Notes under the pieces: model-generated
Database searches by the model: none
Told to the model about the DNA's origin: nothing
Seen by the model: only the letters and a program-made list of their open reading frames with translations
Program-made: the position numbers and the translations under genes
In this document: positions 38,997 to 48,555 of the stretch, one piece after another
Position numbering within the stretch: position 1 is the first letter of the stretch
Layout of the letters: every line of letters starts with the position of its first letter
Source: an uncultured delta proteobacterium
Lineage (GTDB): Bacteria; Desulfobacterota; Desulfomonilia; UBA1062
Direction of reading: 5' to 3'
Length of the DNA: 64,000 nt
NCBI GenBank assembly: GCA_963752595.1
Contig: CAVVYZ010000014.1
Coordinates: 32,001 to 96,000 of the forward strand

Positions 38997-39973
38997 GAAA
39001 TGCCTTTCATTATTTCAACCCGGTTCCGCCCGCGTTTCTTTGCCAGATAAAGACCCTTGTCGGCTTGCTTGACCAGGTCGCAGGTTGCAAGACCCTCTTT
39101 ATACTCGCTGATCCCGATGCTGATGGTAATATGCAGGCCGGCGATAAACCCTGTCTTCTCGATAATGCACCGGATCCTTTCCGCCAGCTTTCCGGCCTTC
39201 TGGATGCCCGTATGGGGGAGTATGATGGCGAACTCCTCTCCTCCGTACCGGAATACACGATCGCTTTTCCGGACGCACCGGGTAATCCTGTTCGCGAGCG
39301 ATTTGAGCACCACGTCTCCGATCTGATGGCCGTAGCTGTCGTTGATCTTCTTGAACCAGTCGACATCGACCATCATGACGGAAAACGCTGTCTGGTACCT
39401 CTGGGCCCTGTCCTGTTCGGCATGAAGCATCTCCTCGAATGCACGGTAATTGAGCAGGCCCGTGAGCCCGTCCCGGTATGCCATGTGGAGGAGCATCTCA
39501 TGATCCATGAGCTTGACAACTGCCGGCGTCAAGATTTTGACCCATTCCCGAAAGATTCCGTCATGGATTCCTGAGTTTATCGACAGGACAACCTTGGTGA
39601 TGGGGGTATCCATAAGAAGCATATCCATGCGGTTCCGGATAAGCGGAGGATGTCCTCCTACCGTGACAGGGATGTAGCTGAAGTGCCGGCTCCCCAAGAC
39701 CCTCCCGGCATCGTCAGGCCCGTCCCGGAGCCGGTCGAGCACCGAATATGCCTGCGCCTGGGACCCGCACATGGTGACGTAAAACGCAGGCGCAGCCTGA
39801 GGGAATGTCTGCCCCATCAGGGATACGAGATCGATCATCGCATTATTCAGGGAAGGACTTGAGAGCAGAGAAACGATGCTCTCGGTGAAGAGCGCAAGCG
39901 ACCTGTTCTGAGATAAATCATCCGGGATAAAGCTTTCTTTGCTGCGTATTCTTCTCGCTTCCCTGGTAATCAT
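38993..39973 (-). CDS. Diguanylate cyclase (GGEEF)
   Basis: DGLTGLLN, DVDWFKKINDSYGH, I-site RKSD, RYGGEEF; SD GAGGAGG. Confidence 0.93.
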   Translation of the reverse strand: MITREARRIRSKESFIPDDLSQNRSLALFTESIVSLLSSPSLNNAMIDLVSLMGQTFPQAAPAFYVTMCGSQAQAYSVLDRLRDGPDDAGRVLGSRHFSYIPVTVGGHPPLIRNRMDMLLMDTPITKVVLSINSGIHDGIFREWVKILTPAVVKLMDHEMLLHMAYRDGLTGLLNYRAFEEMLHAEQDRAQRYQTAFSVMMVDVDWFKKINDSYGHQIGDVVLKSLANRITRCVRKSDRVFRYGGEEFAIILPHTGIQKAGKLAERIRCIIEKTGFIAGLHITISIGISEYKEGLATCDLVKQADKGLYLAKKRGRNRVEIMKGIS

Positions 39974-40026
39974 AAGTCTCCTCCTCTTATAAAAATCCTC
40001 TTCCCTAGAGACATGCAATATAATTA

Positions 40027-40042
40027 TGCAAAGTATGTGCCT
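40027..40042 (-). promoter_or_regulatory. sigma54 promoter of DGC-PilZ operon
   Basis: Minus strand AGGCAC-ATACT-TTGCA. Confidence 0.65.
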
Positions 40043-40222
40043 TGGCCGGGACGGGAAACCCATGCGTGCTGCTCTTCATTTATTGCATTCAAGATAATGT
40101 TTTTGGCTGTCTTTTGGTTCCGTTGATTAAATACCCTAATTAGTGTATAGTCTTGCCCGGCTTGATTCGAATGCAGCAGGAGTCTCTCCTGCATGCTGCC
40201 GATAATCACGGATAGGTGGGCT

Positions 40223-40789
40223 ATGGAAAGAGAATGCATCGAGATCAGGTGGCACGGGAGAGGCGGACAGGGGGCTATAACCGCTGCAAAGATCGTTGCA
40301 AAGGCGATGTTCGCTGCAGGTTATACCGGGGTTGCGATGATTCCGACCTTCGGCACCGAGAGAAGGGGAGCACCGGTATTCACCTCGCTGAAAGTATCGA
40401 AAGATAAGATTTTCGATCTTTCCCCCACGACCAGGCCCGACATCGTGGTGGTACTCGACTACCTCCTTCTGGAAGAAGTCGACGTCGATGCAGGGCTGAA
40501 GAAAGACGGCCTCATCGTCATCAATTCTCCCAGGACACAGGCAAATTATTCCTTTAACGGGAGAAAAGTTGCCATTGCCGATGTGACGGATCTCTCGGTC
40601 AGGGCAGGCCTGCCTGCAGGGGTGGTCAACAGCGGCATCATCGGGGCATTCGCAAAAGCCGCGCACTTTGTCGACATGGACGTCCTCACCAGGGCCATCG
40701 AAGAAGAGTTTGCCGGCAGGAAACCAAAGGAAAACGCCCGTGCGGCGTGGCTCTGCTACGAGAACACCACCATCGGAGGCCCCCGTTGA
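40223..40789 (+). CDS. porC: 2-oxoacid:ferredoxin oxidoreductase gamma subunit
   Basis: EIRWHGRGGQGAITA, FGTERRGAPV. Confidence 0.9.
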   Translation: MERECIEIRWHGRGGQGAITAAKIVAKAMFAAGYTGVAMIPTFGTERRGAPVFTSLKVSKDKIFDLSPTTRPDIVVVLDYLLLEEVDVDAGLKKDGLIVINSPRTQANYSFNGRKVAIADVTDLSVRAGLPAGVVNSGIIGAFAKAAHFVDMDVLTRAIEEEFAGRKPKENARAAWLCYENTTIGGPR

Positions 40790-41109
40790 AAGACGAGAAA
40801 GACTACTGCAAAAACATATCCTTCAGCGAGGCCGGGCCGGGTGACGCGGGCAAGACCGGCTCATGGAGGATCGCCCGGCCTGTCATCGACCCGCAGACCT
40901 GCACGCCCGGAAAGAGAAATGCGCCTGCCTGCTATATCTGCTGGCTCTACTGCCCTGACGGAGTGATCAGCCGGGGGGTCCCGCCAAAAATCGATTATGA
41001 CTACTGCAAGGGCTGCGGGATATGCGCACAGGAATGTCCCACCAAGGCAATCACCATGGTGGATGAAGCGAGTTTTCTTGAAGGAGTAAAGGAAGACCCA
41101 TGCAAGTGA
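40786..41109 (+). CDS. porD: 2-oxoacid:ferredoxin oxidoreductase delta (ferredoxin) subunit
   Basis: TGSWRIARP, CYICWLYCP, CKGCGICAQECP; TTG start after GGAGG. Confidence 0.9.
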   Translation: MKDEKDYCKNISFSEAGPGDAGKTGSWRIARPVIDPQTCTPGKRNAPACYICWLYCPDGVISRGVPPKIDYDYCKGCGICAQECPTKAITMVDEASFLEGVKEDPCK

Positions 41110-42305
41110 TCGAATCCGGAAATGTCGCTGCAGCGTTGGGGGTAAAGCTTGCCAGGGCTCAGGTCATCGCTGCATATCCCATAACGCCCCAGACGCCGCT
41201 TACGGAAAAGCTCTCCGAGTTCATCGAGTCAGGAGAGATGGATGCGGAGTATGTGCCGGTGGAGAGCGAGCACAGCGCGCTGGCCGTATGCATCGCAGCC
41301 ACTTCCGCCGGTGCGAGGTCCTTTACCGCAACGTCCGCCAACGGGTTGCTCTATATGCATGAGCAGATCCACTGGGCTGCCGGCGCCAGGCTTCCCCTTG
41401 TCATGTGCGTGGTGAACAGAGGCGTGGGAGCCCCATGGACGGTCTGGAACGACCATCAGGACTCCATTTCCCAGCGGGATACGGGATGGATCCAGATTTA
41501 TGCGAACGACCACCAGCAGATCATCGATACCGTGCTCAAGGCGTTCTCATTGGCCGAAGAGGTTATGGTCCCGGTGATGGTCTGCTACGACGGATACCTC
41601 CTCTCCCATACCTATATGCCCTTTGACGCGCCGGAGGCCGCGCTTGCAGACAGGTTCCTACCTCCCTATAACCCGGCTTACAGCCTCGATCCGAAGAGGC
41701 CTGCGAACCTCAACACCGTCACCCTGCCCGATGTCCGGCCTGATATCCGGGGAGACATGGCCCACGGATACATGGAAATCAGGTATCTGCTGCAGAAGAA
41801 CATGCTCGATGCCATACCGGCTCTTCAGAAGGTCGACGAGCGGTTCCGGTCCGTGTTCGGCCGGGGAGGCGATCCCTTCATCGAGCCGTATCTCTGTGAA
41901 GATGCCGATTTCATCGCGGTGAGCCTGGGCTCTCTCTCCTATCACCTCCGTGACGTGGTGGACGCGCTCAGGGGCGAAGGGATAAAGGCCGGCGTGATGA
42001 GCGTGCACCTCTACCGGCCCTTCCCTGCCGAGATTATCGCGCAGGCTTTGAGCTCCTGCAGAGGTGTAATCGTGTTTGAAAAGGCATTGAGCTATGGGTA
42101 CCAGGGAGCTCTGACCTCGGATATCAAATCGGCACTCTATCACCATACGCAGAACAACGGCACGCGGCCGTCCTTGGTAAATTACATCCTGGGCCTGGGA
42201 GGGAGAGAGATCGCTACTCACGATCTCTACGAGGCATTCAAGACATCGTGCTCCCCAGGCGGCCTTCAGGGTGAAGAAACCAGATGGATCGGGCTTAAAC
42301 TTTAA
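41100..42305 (+). CDS. porA: 2-oxoacid:ferredoxin oxidoreductase alpha subunit
   Basis: AYPITPQT, VESEHSA, GLGGRE; substrate specificity not determinable. Confidence 0.92.
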   Translation: MQVIESGNVAAALGVKLARAQVIAAYPITPQTPLTEKLSEFIESGEMDAEYVPVESEHSALAVCIAATSAGARSFTATSANGLLYMHEQIHWAAGARLPLVMCVVNRGVGAPWTVWNDHQDSISQRDTGWIQIYANDHQQIIDTVLKAFSLAEEVMVPVMVCYDGYLLSHTYMPFDAPEAALADRFLPPYNPAYSLDPKRPANLNTVTLPDVRPDIRGDMAHGYMEIRYLLQKNMLDAIPALQKVDERFRSVFGRGGDPFIEPYLCEDADFIAVSLGSLSYHLRDVVDALRGEGIKAGVMSVHLYRPFPAEIIAQALSSCRGVIVFEKALSYGYQGALTSDIKSALYHHTQNNGTRPSLVNYILGLGGREIATHDLYEAFKTSCSPGGLQGEETRWIGLKL

Positions 42306-42338
42306 AGCAAATCGTTCCTTTAAGAGGAGATCCAAACG

Positions 42339-43259
42339 ATGCAGGTAAAAACTAACATCCTGAGCCTTCCCGAAGAGGAACTCGTATATCCCGGCAACAG
42401 GGCCTGCGCAGGGTGCGGCCTTGGCATCGCCTACCGGATAGGGCTCAAAGCGCTCGGCAAGGACACGATCATCGTGGTGCCGCCAAGCTGCCTGACCGTG
42501 CTTCAGGGGCTCTATCCCATTGCCGCTACGAAAATACCGTCATTAAATGTGACCTTTGCCTCGACCGCAGCGGCATCCACCGGCGTCCTCGCAGCACTCA
42601 AGGTCCTGGGGAAGAAAGGAATCAATGTCGTAGGATGGGCAGGAGACGGCGGCACGAGCGACATCGGCCTGCAGTCGCTCTCGGGCGCATGCGAACGGGG
42701 CGACAACTTCCTCTACATCTGCTACGACAATGAGGGGTATATGAACACCGGCGTCCAGCGCTCAGGCACGACGCCGAAAGGGGCGATCACGGCAAATACG
42801 CCCATCAAGGGCAAGCTCCAGCCCAAGAAGGACGTGGCCGCCATTATGGCAGCCCACGACATCGAATATGTCGCAACCACCTCAGCGGCCTACCCGCTGG
42901 ACCTCTATGACAAGATCCGGAAGGCCCTGACCTTCTCCGGAGTAAAATATATCCACATTCACACCCCATGCCCGCCGGGCTGGGGGTTCGCGCCGAAATA
43001 TTCGGTCAAGGTGGGCAAGCTCGCCGTGGAGACAGGCCTGTTCGAGCTCTGGGAAAGGGAACATGGCCGGCTCCGCCACACCGGGGCATCACGGAAACTC
43101 ATGGACAAGAGAAAGCTGCTTCCCGTGCGGGAGTATTTCAAGGCGCAGGGCAGGTTCCACATCCTGCCGGAAGAAGAGATCGAAAGGATCCAGAACCTCA
43201 TCAACTCAAGGTGGGAGGCCTATTTCGACTCGCTGGACGATATCGAAACGGAAGAATAG
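42339..43259 (+). CDS. porB: 2-oxoacid:ferredoxin oxidoreductase beta subunit
   Basis: ACAGCG, GDGG, DNEGYMNTGVQRS, PCPPGW. Confidence 0.92.
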   Translation: MQVKTNILSLPEEELVYPGNRACAGCGLGIAYRIGLKALGKDTIIVVPPSCLTVLQGLYPIAATKIPSLNVTFASTAAASTGVLAALKVLGKKGINVVGWAGDGGTSDIGLQSLSGACERGDNFLYICYDNEGYMNTGVQRSGTTPKGAITANTPIKGKLQPKKDVAAIMAAHDIEYVATTSAAYPLDLYDKIRKALTFSGVKYIHIHTPCPPGWGFAPKYSVKVGKLAVETGLFELWEREHGRLRHTGASRKLMDKRKLLPVREYFKAQGRFHILPEEEIERIQNLINSRWEAYFDSLDDIETEE

Positions 43260-43261
43260 CT

Positions 43262-44260
43262 TCAGCCCCTGTCCGATGAATGCTTGAGCGCCTGCTCGAG
43301 ATGGACTTTGTCGAGATTGCCTCCCGACATGATGAGCGCCACTTTCTTGCCTGCGAGCTTGTCCTTCCTCTTCATGGCGGCCATGATCGAGGCTGCCCCT
43401 GCCGCCTCTGCAAGGTTATGGGTTGTGGCCAAGGCCAGCGTAATCCCTTCGAGGATCTCGTTTTCGGTCAACAGGACCACATCTTTGATATGGTCCTTCA
43501 TGATCATGTAGGGCAGCTGGAAAACGCTCCGGGCTGCAAGCCCGTCCGCTATGGTTTCCGCCTTGTCGATGACGACCCAGTCTCCCTGCTGGAGCGACAT
43601 CGAAAAGGCCGGGGCCTTTTCGGCCTGGACCCCGATGATCTCAACGCCGGGGTTGATCGCCTGCGCCACCTTGAGGAGCGATGCACACCCGGCTCCTCCG
43701 CCGATGGGACAGATAATGACATCCACATCACTCTGCTCTTCGAAGATCTCCAGGCCCATGGTCCCGATCCCGTTGAGCATCTCCGGTTCATTGCCCTGCT
43801 CCACATAGTAGTACCCTGCGGCGGCAACAAGCTCGTCGCAGTAGAACTGGGCATCGTAAAAATCCTTGCCTCGCACGATGAGCTCAGAGCCGAAGCTTTC
43901 GATGATGCGGTTGGTTTCGGGATTGTTGTTCTCGGGCACGACAACGGTGCAGGGGACATTGAACCACCGTGCGGCCCAGGCCATGGCCAGACCGTGATTT
44001 CCCCTGGTGGAGACCAGGACCCCGCTTTCAACCTTCTGCTTGGGGATAGTATGGAAGAAATTGATGGCGCCTCGTATCTTGAACGAGCCGGTCGGCATGT
44101 GATTCTCGTGCTTCACAAAGGCGTCACAGCCGAGCAGCCTGCTGAGCTCCGAGTAGTAAATGAGGTTGGTTCGCTGGATATAGTGAGAGATGGCTTCCCG
44201 TGCCTTCAAAACCCCCTTGATAGAGACTTGCTCGCCGGCCTTCTCATATTTCTTCAACAT
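43262..44260 (-). CDS. PLP-dependent threonine/serine dehydratase family protein
   Basis: KHENHMPTGSFKIRGA, GNHG, PIGGG, SGGN. Confidence 0.9.
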   Translation of the reverse strand: MLKKYEKAGEQVSIKGVLKAREAISHYIQRTNLIYYSELSRLLGCDAFVKHENHMPTGSFKIRGAINFFHTIPKQKVESGVLVSTRGNHGLAMAWAARWFNVPCTVVVPENNNPETNRIIESFGSELIVRGKDFYDAQFYCDELVAAAGYYYVEQGNEPEMLNGIGTMGLEIFEEQSDVDVIICPIGGGAGCASLLKVAQAINPGVEIIGVQAEKAPAFSMSLQQGDWVVIDKAETIADGLAARSVFQLPYMIMKDHIKDVVLLTENEILEGITLALATTHNLAEAAGAASIMAAMKRKDKLAGKKVALIMSGGNLDKVHLEQALKHSSDRG

Positions 44261-44278
44261 GCAACCCCCTTCAATGCC

Positions 44279-44962
44279 TTATAATTTATACCCGCCCTTC
44301 TTCGGCTTTCCCCGGAACATCTGGAGCAGCGAACCGATGACGAGACCGATGATGATAAAGCCGCCTCCTAAAAGGGTGAATATCAGTCTTTCGGAGGTTT
44401 TCAGCCTGGAGTTCTCCCGGGTGAGCTTGTCCATGGTATCCGATGTTTCCTTGAACTGCTTCTGGAGAGTCGTGTAACGGTTCTTGAGGTCAAGATACTG
44501 GCTGGATTCCAGCTTGAGATTCTCATACTGCTGCTTGACATCTTCTATTTCCCTGGACGCTCCGCTCATCTTGAATGTTCGCTCCCGGTTGTCTCTCTGA
44601 AACTGGGTGTTCTCCTCCTGGAGCGTCATGTTTTCCTGCGTGAGGGCCTTGATCTTCTCGTTGAGCTGATTGATGATCAGGACCCTGGGCATCTGCTTCG
44701 TCAGAATACGGGTCTTCACCCATCCCTCATCTGCCTTGGGGGTCTTTATCCTTGACCATTCGCCTTGAGTTTCAAAAATTTCGAGATAATCATTGCTCTC
44801 GGCCATCCCGATAATCTTCGCATTGCTGTAGGGTGCCTCCCGGACGGCTGCGCTTGAGCCTTCCCGCACGTAGAGTCCTGCTGCATACAGAATCTGCATC
44901 GGCACCGCCATGAACAGAAGCCATGCCGACACAGCAATAATCATTGTTCCTCTATTCATCAT
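44279..44962 (-). CDS. SH3-domain membrane protein (YgiM/TIGR04211-like)
   Basis: Signal peptide, SH3b (EGWV), coiled coil, C-terminal TM and basic tail. Confidence 0.82.
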   Translation of the reverse strand: MMNRGTMIIAVSAWLLFMAVPMQILYAAGLYVREGSSAAVREAPYSNAKIIGMAESNDYLEIFETQGEWSRIKTPKADEGWVKTRILTKQMPRVLIINQLNEKIKALTQENMTLQEENTQFQRDNRERTFKMSGASREIEDVKQQYENLKLESSQYLDLKNRYTTLQKQFKETSDTMDKLTRENSRLKTSERLIFTLLGGGFIIIGLVIGSLLQMFRGKPKKGGYKL

Positions 44963-45048
44963 TGTTGAACCTCACAATCCTTCTTGCATTAAGCCGTGTG
45001 TTAACCATATCCCATTAGCGTACCTTCACGCAACACCGTCGAAAGCCC

Positions 45049-46408
45049 TCACATAAGGCTTCTGATGATCCCGTCAAGGTAAGCCCTGGTATTTTCTTCT
45101 GATCTCATCCAACTTTTCTTTTGTCCCGGCCTCGAATCTCAGGACGATCACCGGCTGGGTATTCGACGGCCTCACCAGACCCCATGCACCTTCTAAAGTA
45201 AACCTCACCCCGTCGATATCCACACACTCCAAAGACGTGCGCTTCGCATAGGCAGTAAACTTCTCCACTGCCTGGAATTTGATCTCGTCCGGGCAGTCGA
45301 TCCTGATTTCAGGGGTATTGTGCATCTTGGGGAGCCTGTCGAAAACCGCCTGGGGGTTTTCTTCTGCCGAGAGGATCTCCAGGAGCCTTGCCATGGCATA
45401 GACGGCATCATCGAACCCGTACCAGCGGTCCTGGAAAAATATATGACCGCTCATCTCGCCTGCCAGAGCAGCCTTTTCCTGATGCAGGCGCGCCTTCATG
45501 GGGGAATGCCCAACCTTGGCCATGATGGGGATGCCTCCTGCCTTCCGGACCTCATCAAAGAAGACCTTCGAACACTTCACCTCACCGATTATCTTTTCTC
45601 CGGGCTTCCGCCTCAGGATCTCCCGGGCAAGGATCGCGGCGATCATATCTCCGTACACGGAATGTCCTTTTGCATCGACAACGCCGATGCGGTCCGCATC
45701 CCCGTCAAACCCGATGCCGATATCCGCCCCGCTTTTCAGCACCTCCTGCCGGAGCATGGCGATGCCGCTTACGGTCGTCGGGTCCGGATGGTGGTTCGGG
45801 AAGTTGCCGTCGGGCTCCAGGCAGATCCCTTTCACATCCATGCCGAGCGCTTTGCAGACAGCCATGGCAGTGGCCCCGCCCACGCCGTTGCCCGGGTCGA
45901 TGACCACTTTCAGGCTCCTTTCGCACTTCTCAATGCGGGAGATGATATCCTCGATATATTCAGGCACGATGTCGTACGCCTGGATACTGCCGTTTCCTTC
46001 CACCCTGGAGCCCTGCTCCATGACGGTGCGGACATCCAGGATATCCTTTCCATAGATGGTGCTCTTGCCCAGCGCAATTTTGAAGCCGTTGTTGTCCGCA
46101 GGATTGTGGGAGCCGGTGATCTGAATCCCGCCGTCTAAGTCGAGCCGGAACAGAGAAAAATACATGACCGGTGTGGGCACCATCCCGAGGTCGAAGACAT
46201 CGATGCCGCTTCCTGCTATTCCCTTTTTCAGGATCTCCATAAACCAGGGAGAGCTCAAGCGGGCGTCCATGCCTAGGGAGACCTTTTTCACCCCGTGGCC
46301 GGACCAGTAAACCCCCATTGCCTGTGCAAAGCGCTGCACGAATTCCTCGTCAAGATCCTTCCCGACAACGCCCCTGATATCATATTCCCTGAATACCTGC
46401 GGATTCAT
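45049..46408 (-). CDS. Phosphomannomutase/phosphoglucomutase; last ~15 codons likely frameshifted
   Basis: FREYDIRG, TGSHNP, FDGDADR, GEMSGH, RPSNTQP; alternate-frame end TRAYLDGIIRSLM*. Confidence 0.92.
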
Positions 46409-46844
46409 ATTCCTCCCCGGACTGTGTTGATGCACGGCAGGTCTTGATTACCCCTTCGTGAAGGGTCACATCAATTACCTATACCATTTTGCGCTCGAGG
46501 TAAAGACGAACCGGGAGCCAAGGCCCACAGACCTTCCGGACAAGCCTTGCCCAAGGGACCTTTATCTTTTTTCTGTTTACCCCATCAAGACATAACTTCA
46601 AGCGCAACTGCCATGTTTCCTATTAATAAATAAGTTTGCCGGGAGAATTCTCACCCCTGCCCTTCACGAGGTATCAACGGGATTCCGACACCGGCAACAT
46701 TTTTTTGACAGGGTCTTGAAAAGCTATAATCCCTGATAATTCATGTATTATTTTTGCAACCACCGAGTGCTGTTTGTGTTGCAAATTCAACATACCCGCC
46801 AGACTGATCTTAGTATGTATCTGTTAATATTCACCTAATTATCT

Positions 46845-46860
46845 TGGCATGCTAGTTGTA
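46845..46860 (+). promoter_or_regulatory. sigma54 promoter of porin gene
   Basis: TGGCAT-GCTAG-TTGTA. Confidence 0.6.
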
Positions 46861-46989
46861 TAAGTTTATATCGATGGAGTTTTGTGTACGTGTTTCACGG
46901 GCCCTTATTTTCGGTCGTTGTTGGGACGTTCGTTGGGGCAAGGGCCTGAAGGCAAAAAAAGATAAAAATTATAAGAGGGAGGGATTTAG

Positions 46990-48324
46990 ATGAAGAAAGT
47001 TTTAGTAGCCACGATGCTGATGTTGCTCTTTGCAGGCTCGGCATATGCACAGGCCACATTCAGCATGACGGGTGATTTCTGGGCTGAGGGCAAGTATTGG
47101 TTCAACTATAATCGGGCACCGGGTACCGATGCTACGTACAATGACAGCAGCTTCGGTTTCTACGAGCAGGATATCAACCTCTATCCGAAGATCACGGCTG
47201 GCGACACCTCATTGAATTTCAAGCTAGCCATTACTGATGTGACCTGGGGCTCCGGCGGCAAAGCAGCTCTGGCTGAACCGGCACAGGCTGACGACAATAT
47301 CCTGATCGAGCGCGCCTTTATTACTCACAAAATTAATGACACCTTCACCCTTGATGTGGGCCTCATGGACGGCACCGTCTGGGGAACCACCTTTGCTGAC
47401 GACAAACAGGGCCGCTGGAGAGTGAAGCTCACCGCCAAAACCCCTGTGGGCCTTATCGGCGGTGTATTGGAGAAAGTATGGGAGCGTGGTGAGGAAGGTA
47501 GAAATGCAGAGGCAGAGAACAGTGATACAGACCACTATGGACTTTTCGCTGTGACAAAGGCCGGCAGCGTTTACATCAAGCCCCTTCTTTTCTACACCGA
47601 CATAGACATTGCGGACTTCCCCGTCCCTGCCACTCTCTCCGGTCTTCCAGTTGAGGGTGTTGAAGGCGATGGTCTTAAGATGCTGAACACCGTTCTCGCA
47701 TTCAACGGCGACGTCGGAGTGTCCTTCGAGGCAGAAATTAATTACAAGAGATATCAATTTGACAATACTTACACACTCACTCATCCGATATTTGGATCAG
47801 TCCCTGTTAATGTCGACGAAGAATGGGCTACGTTAGGCCTGTACTTGAATGTCTGGAAAGCTCTTGACGCCATGACCCCCGGCTTCCTGTTCGCCTATGG
47901 CAGCTGGAATGATAATGGTGGAACGGGCAGAACCGGTGCAGGTTTCAGTTATGAGGACGACTTCAACGCAACCGTAATTCTTGACGATGAGTTTGCCTGG
48001 GGCAATACCGGCGACAACAATTTTTCCAGTGCTGACGGCATGGTGGGTATGACCACGATGAAACTCTATGTCAACGACATCAAGACCCCGGTTGCTCCTC
48101 TTACCCTTTCCACTTATTTCGCTTATGTCATGTCCAACCAGGAAGGCAACAACTTCGAAGATGCAACCGCTTGGGAATTCGGTCTGGGCGGCAACTACAA
48201 AATCACCGACAACCTGAGCTACAAGCCGTATATGGCTTATGCAGACATCAGCTATGATGTAGCAGGCATCGATGATCCGGATTCAGTTTACATACTGGCC
48301 AATGCTATTGAGTTCGCCTTCTAG
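46990..48324 (+). CDS. Outer-membrane beta-barrel (porin-like) protein
   Basis: Signal peptide ending AYA, amphipathic beta pattern, C-terminal IEFAF; strong SD. Confidence 0.82.
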   Translation: MKKVLVATMLMLLFAGSAYAQATFSMTGDFWAEGKYWFNYNRAPGTDATYNDSSFGFYEQDINLYPKITAGDTSLNFKLAITDVTWGSGGKAALAEPAQADDNILIERAFITHKINDTFTLDVGLMDGTVWGTTFADDKQGRWRVKLTAKTPVGLIGGVLEKVWERGEEGRNAEAENSDTDHYGLFAVTKAGSVYIKPLLFYTDIDIADFPVPATLSGLPVEGVEGDGLKMLNTVLAFNGDVGVSFEAEINYKRYQFDNTYTLTHPIFGSVPVNVDEEWATLGLYLNVWKALDAMTPGFLFAYGSWNDNGGTGRTGAGFSYEDDFNATVILDDEFAWGNTGDNNFSSADGMVGMTTMKLYVNDIKTPVAPLTLSTYFAYVMSNQEGNNFEDATAWEFGLGGNYKITDNLSYKPYMAYADISYDVAGIDDPDSVYILANAIEFAF

Positions 48325-48343
48325 TAAGGTTTAAGATTCAAAC

Positions 48344-48374
48344 AAAAAAGCCCGCCGTTTGGCGGGCTTTTTTT
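48344..48374. terminator. Bidirectional intrinsic terminator
   Basis: AAAAAAGCCCGCC-GTTT-GGCGGGCTTTTTTT. Confidence 0.88.
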
Positions 48375-48555
48375 ATATCTTTTACTTGGTGTTCTAAGGA
48401 AATGGAGCAACTGCTTGTTCAAGCAGACCGTCTCGTTTACCAAAGCGGGAGCACAGACCTTCCCATGCAAAAAGCCGGGGACAGATTGTATCCATCCCCG
48501 GCTTACTATATATTCTCATCCGGACCAGTTAAGCCGGATTCTTCTCTTTAATTTC

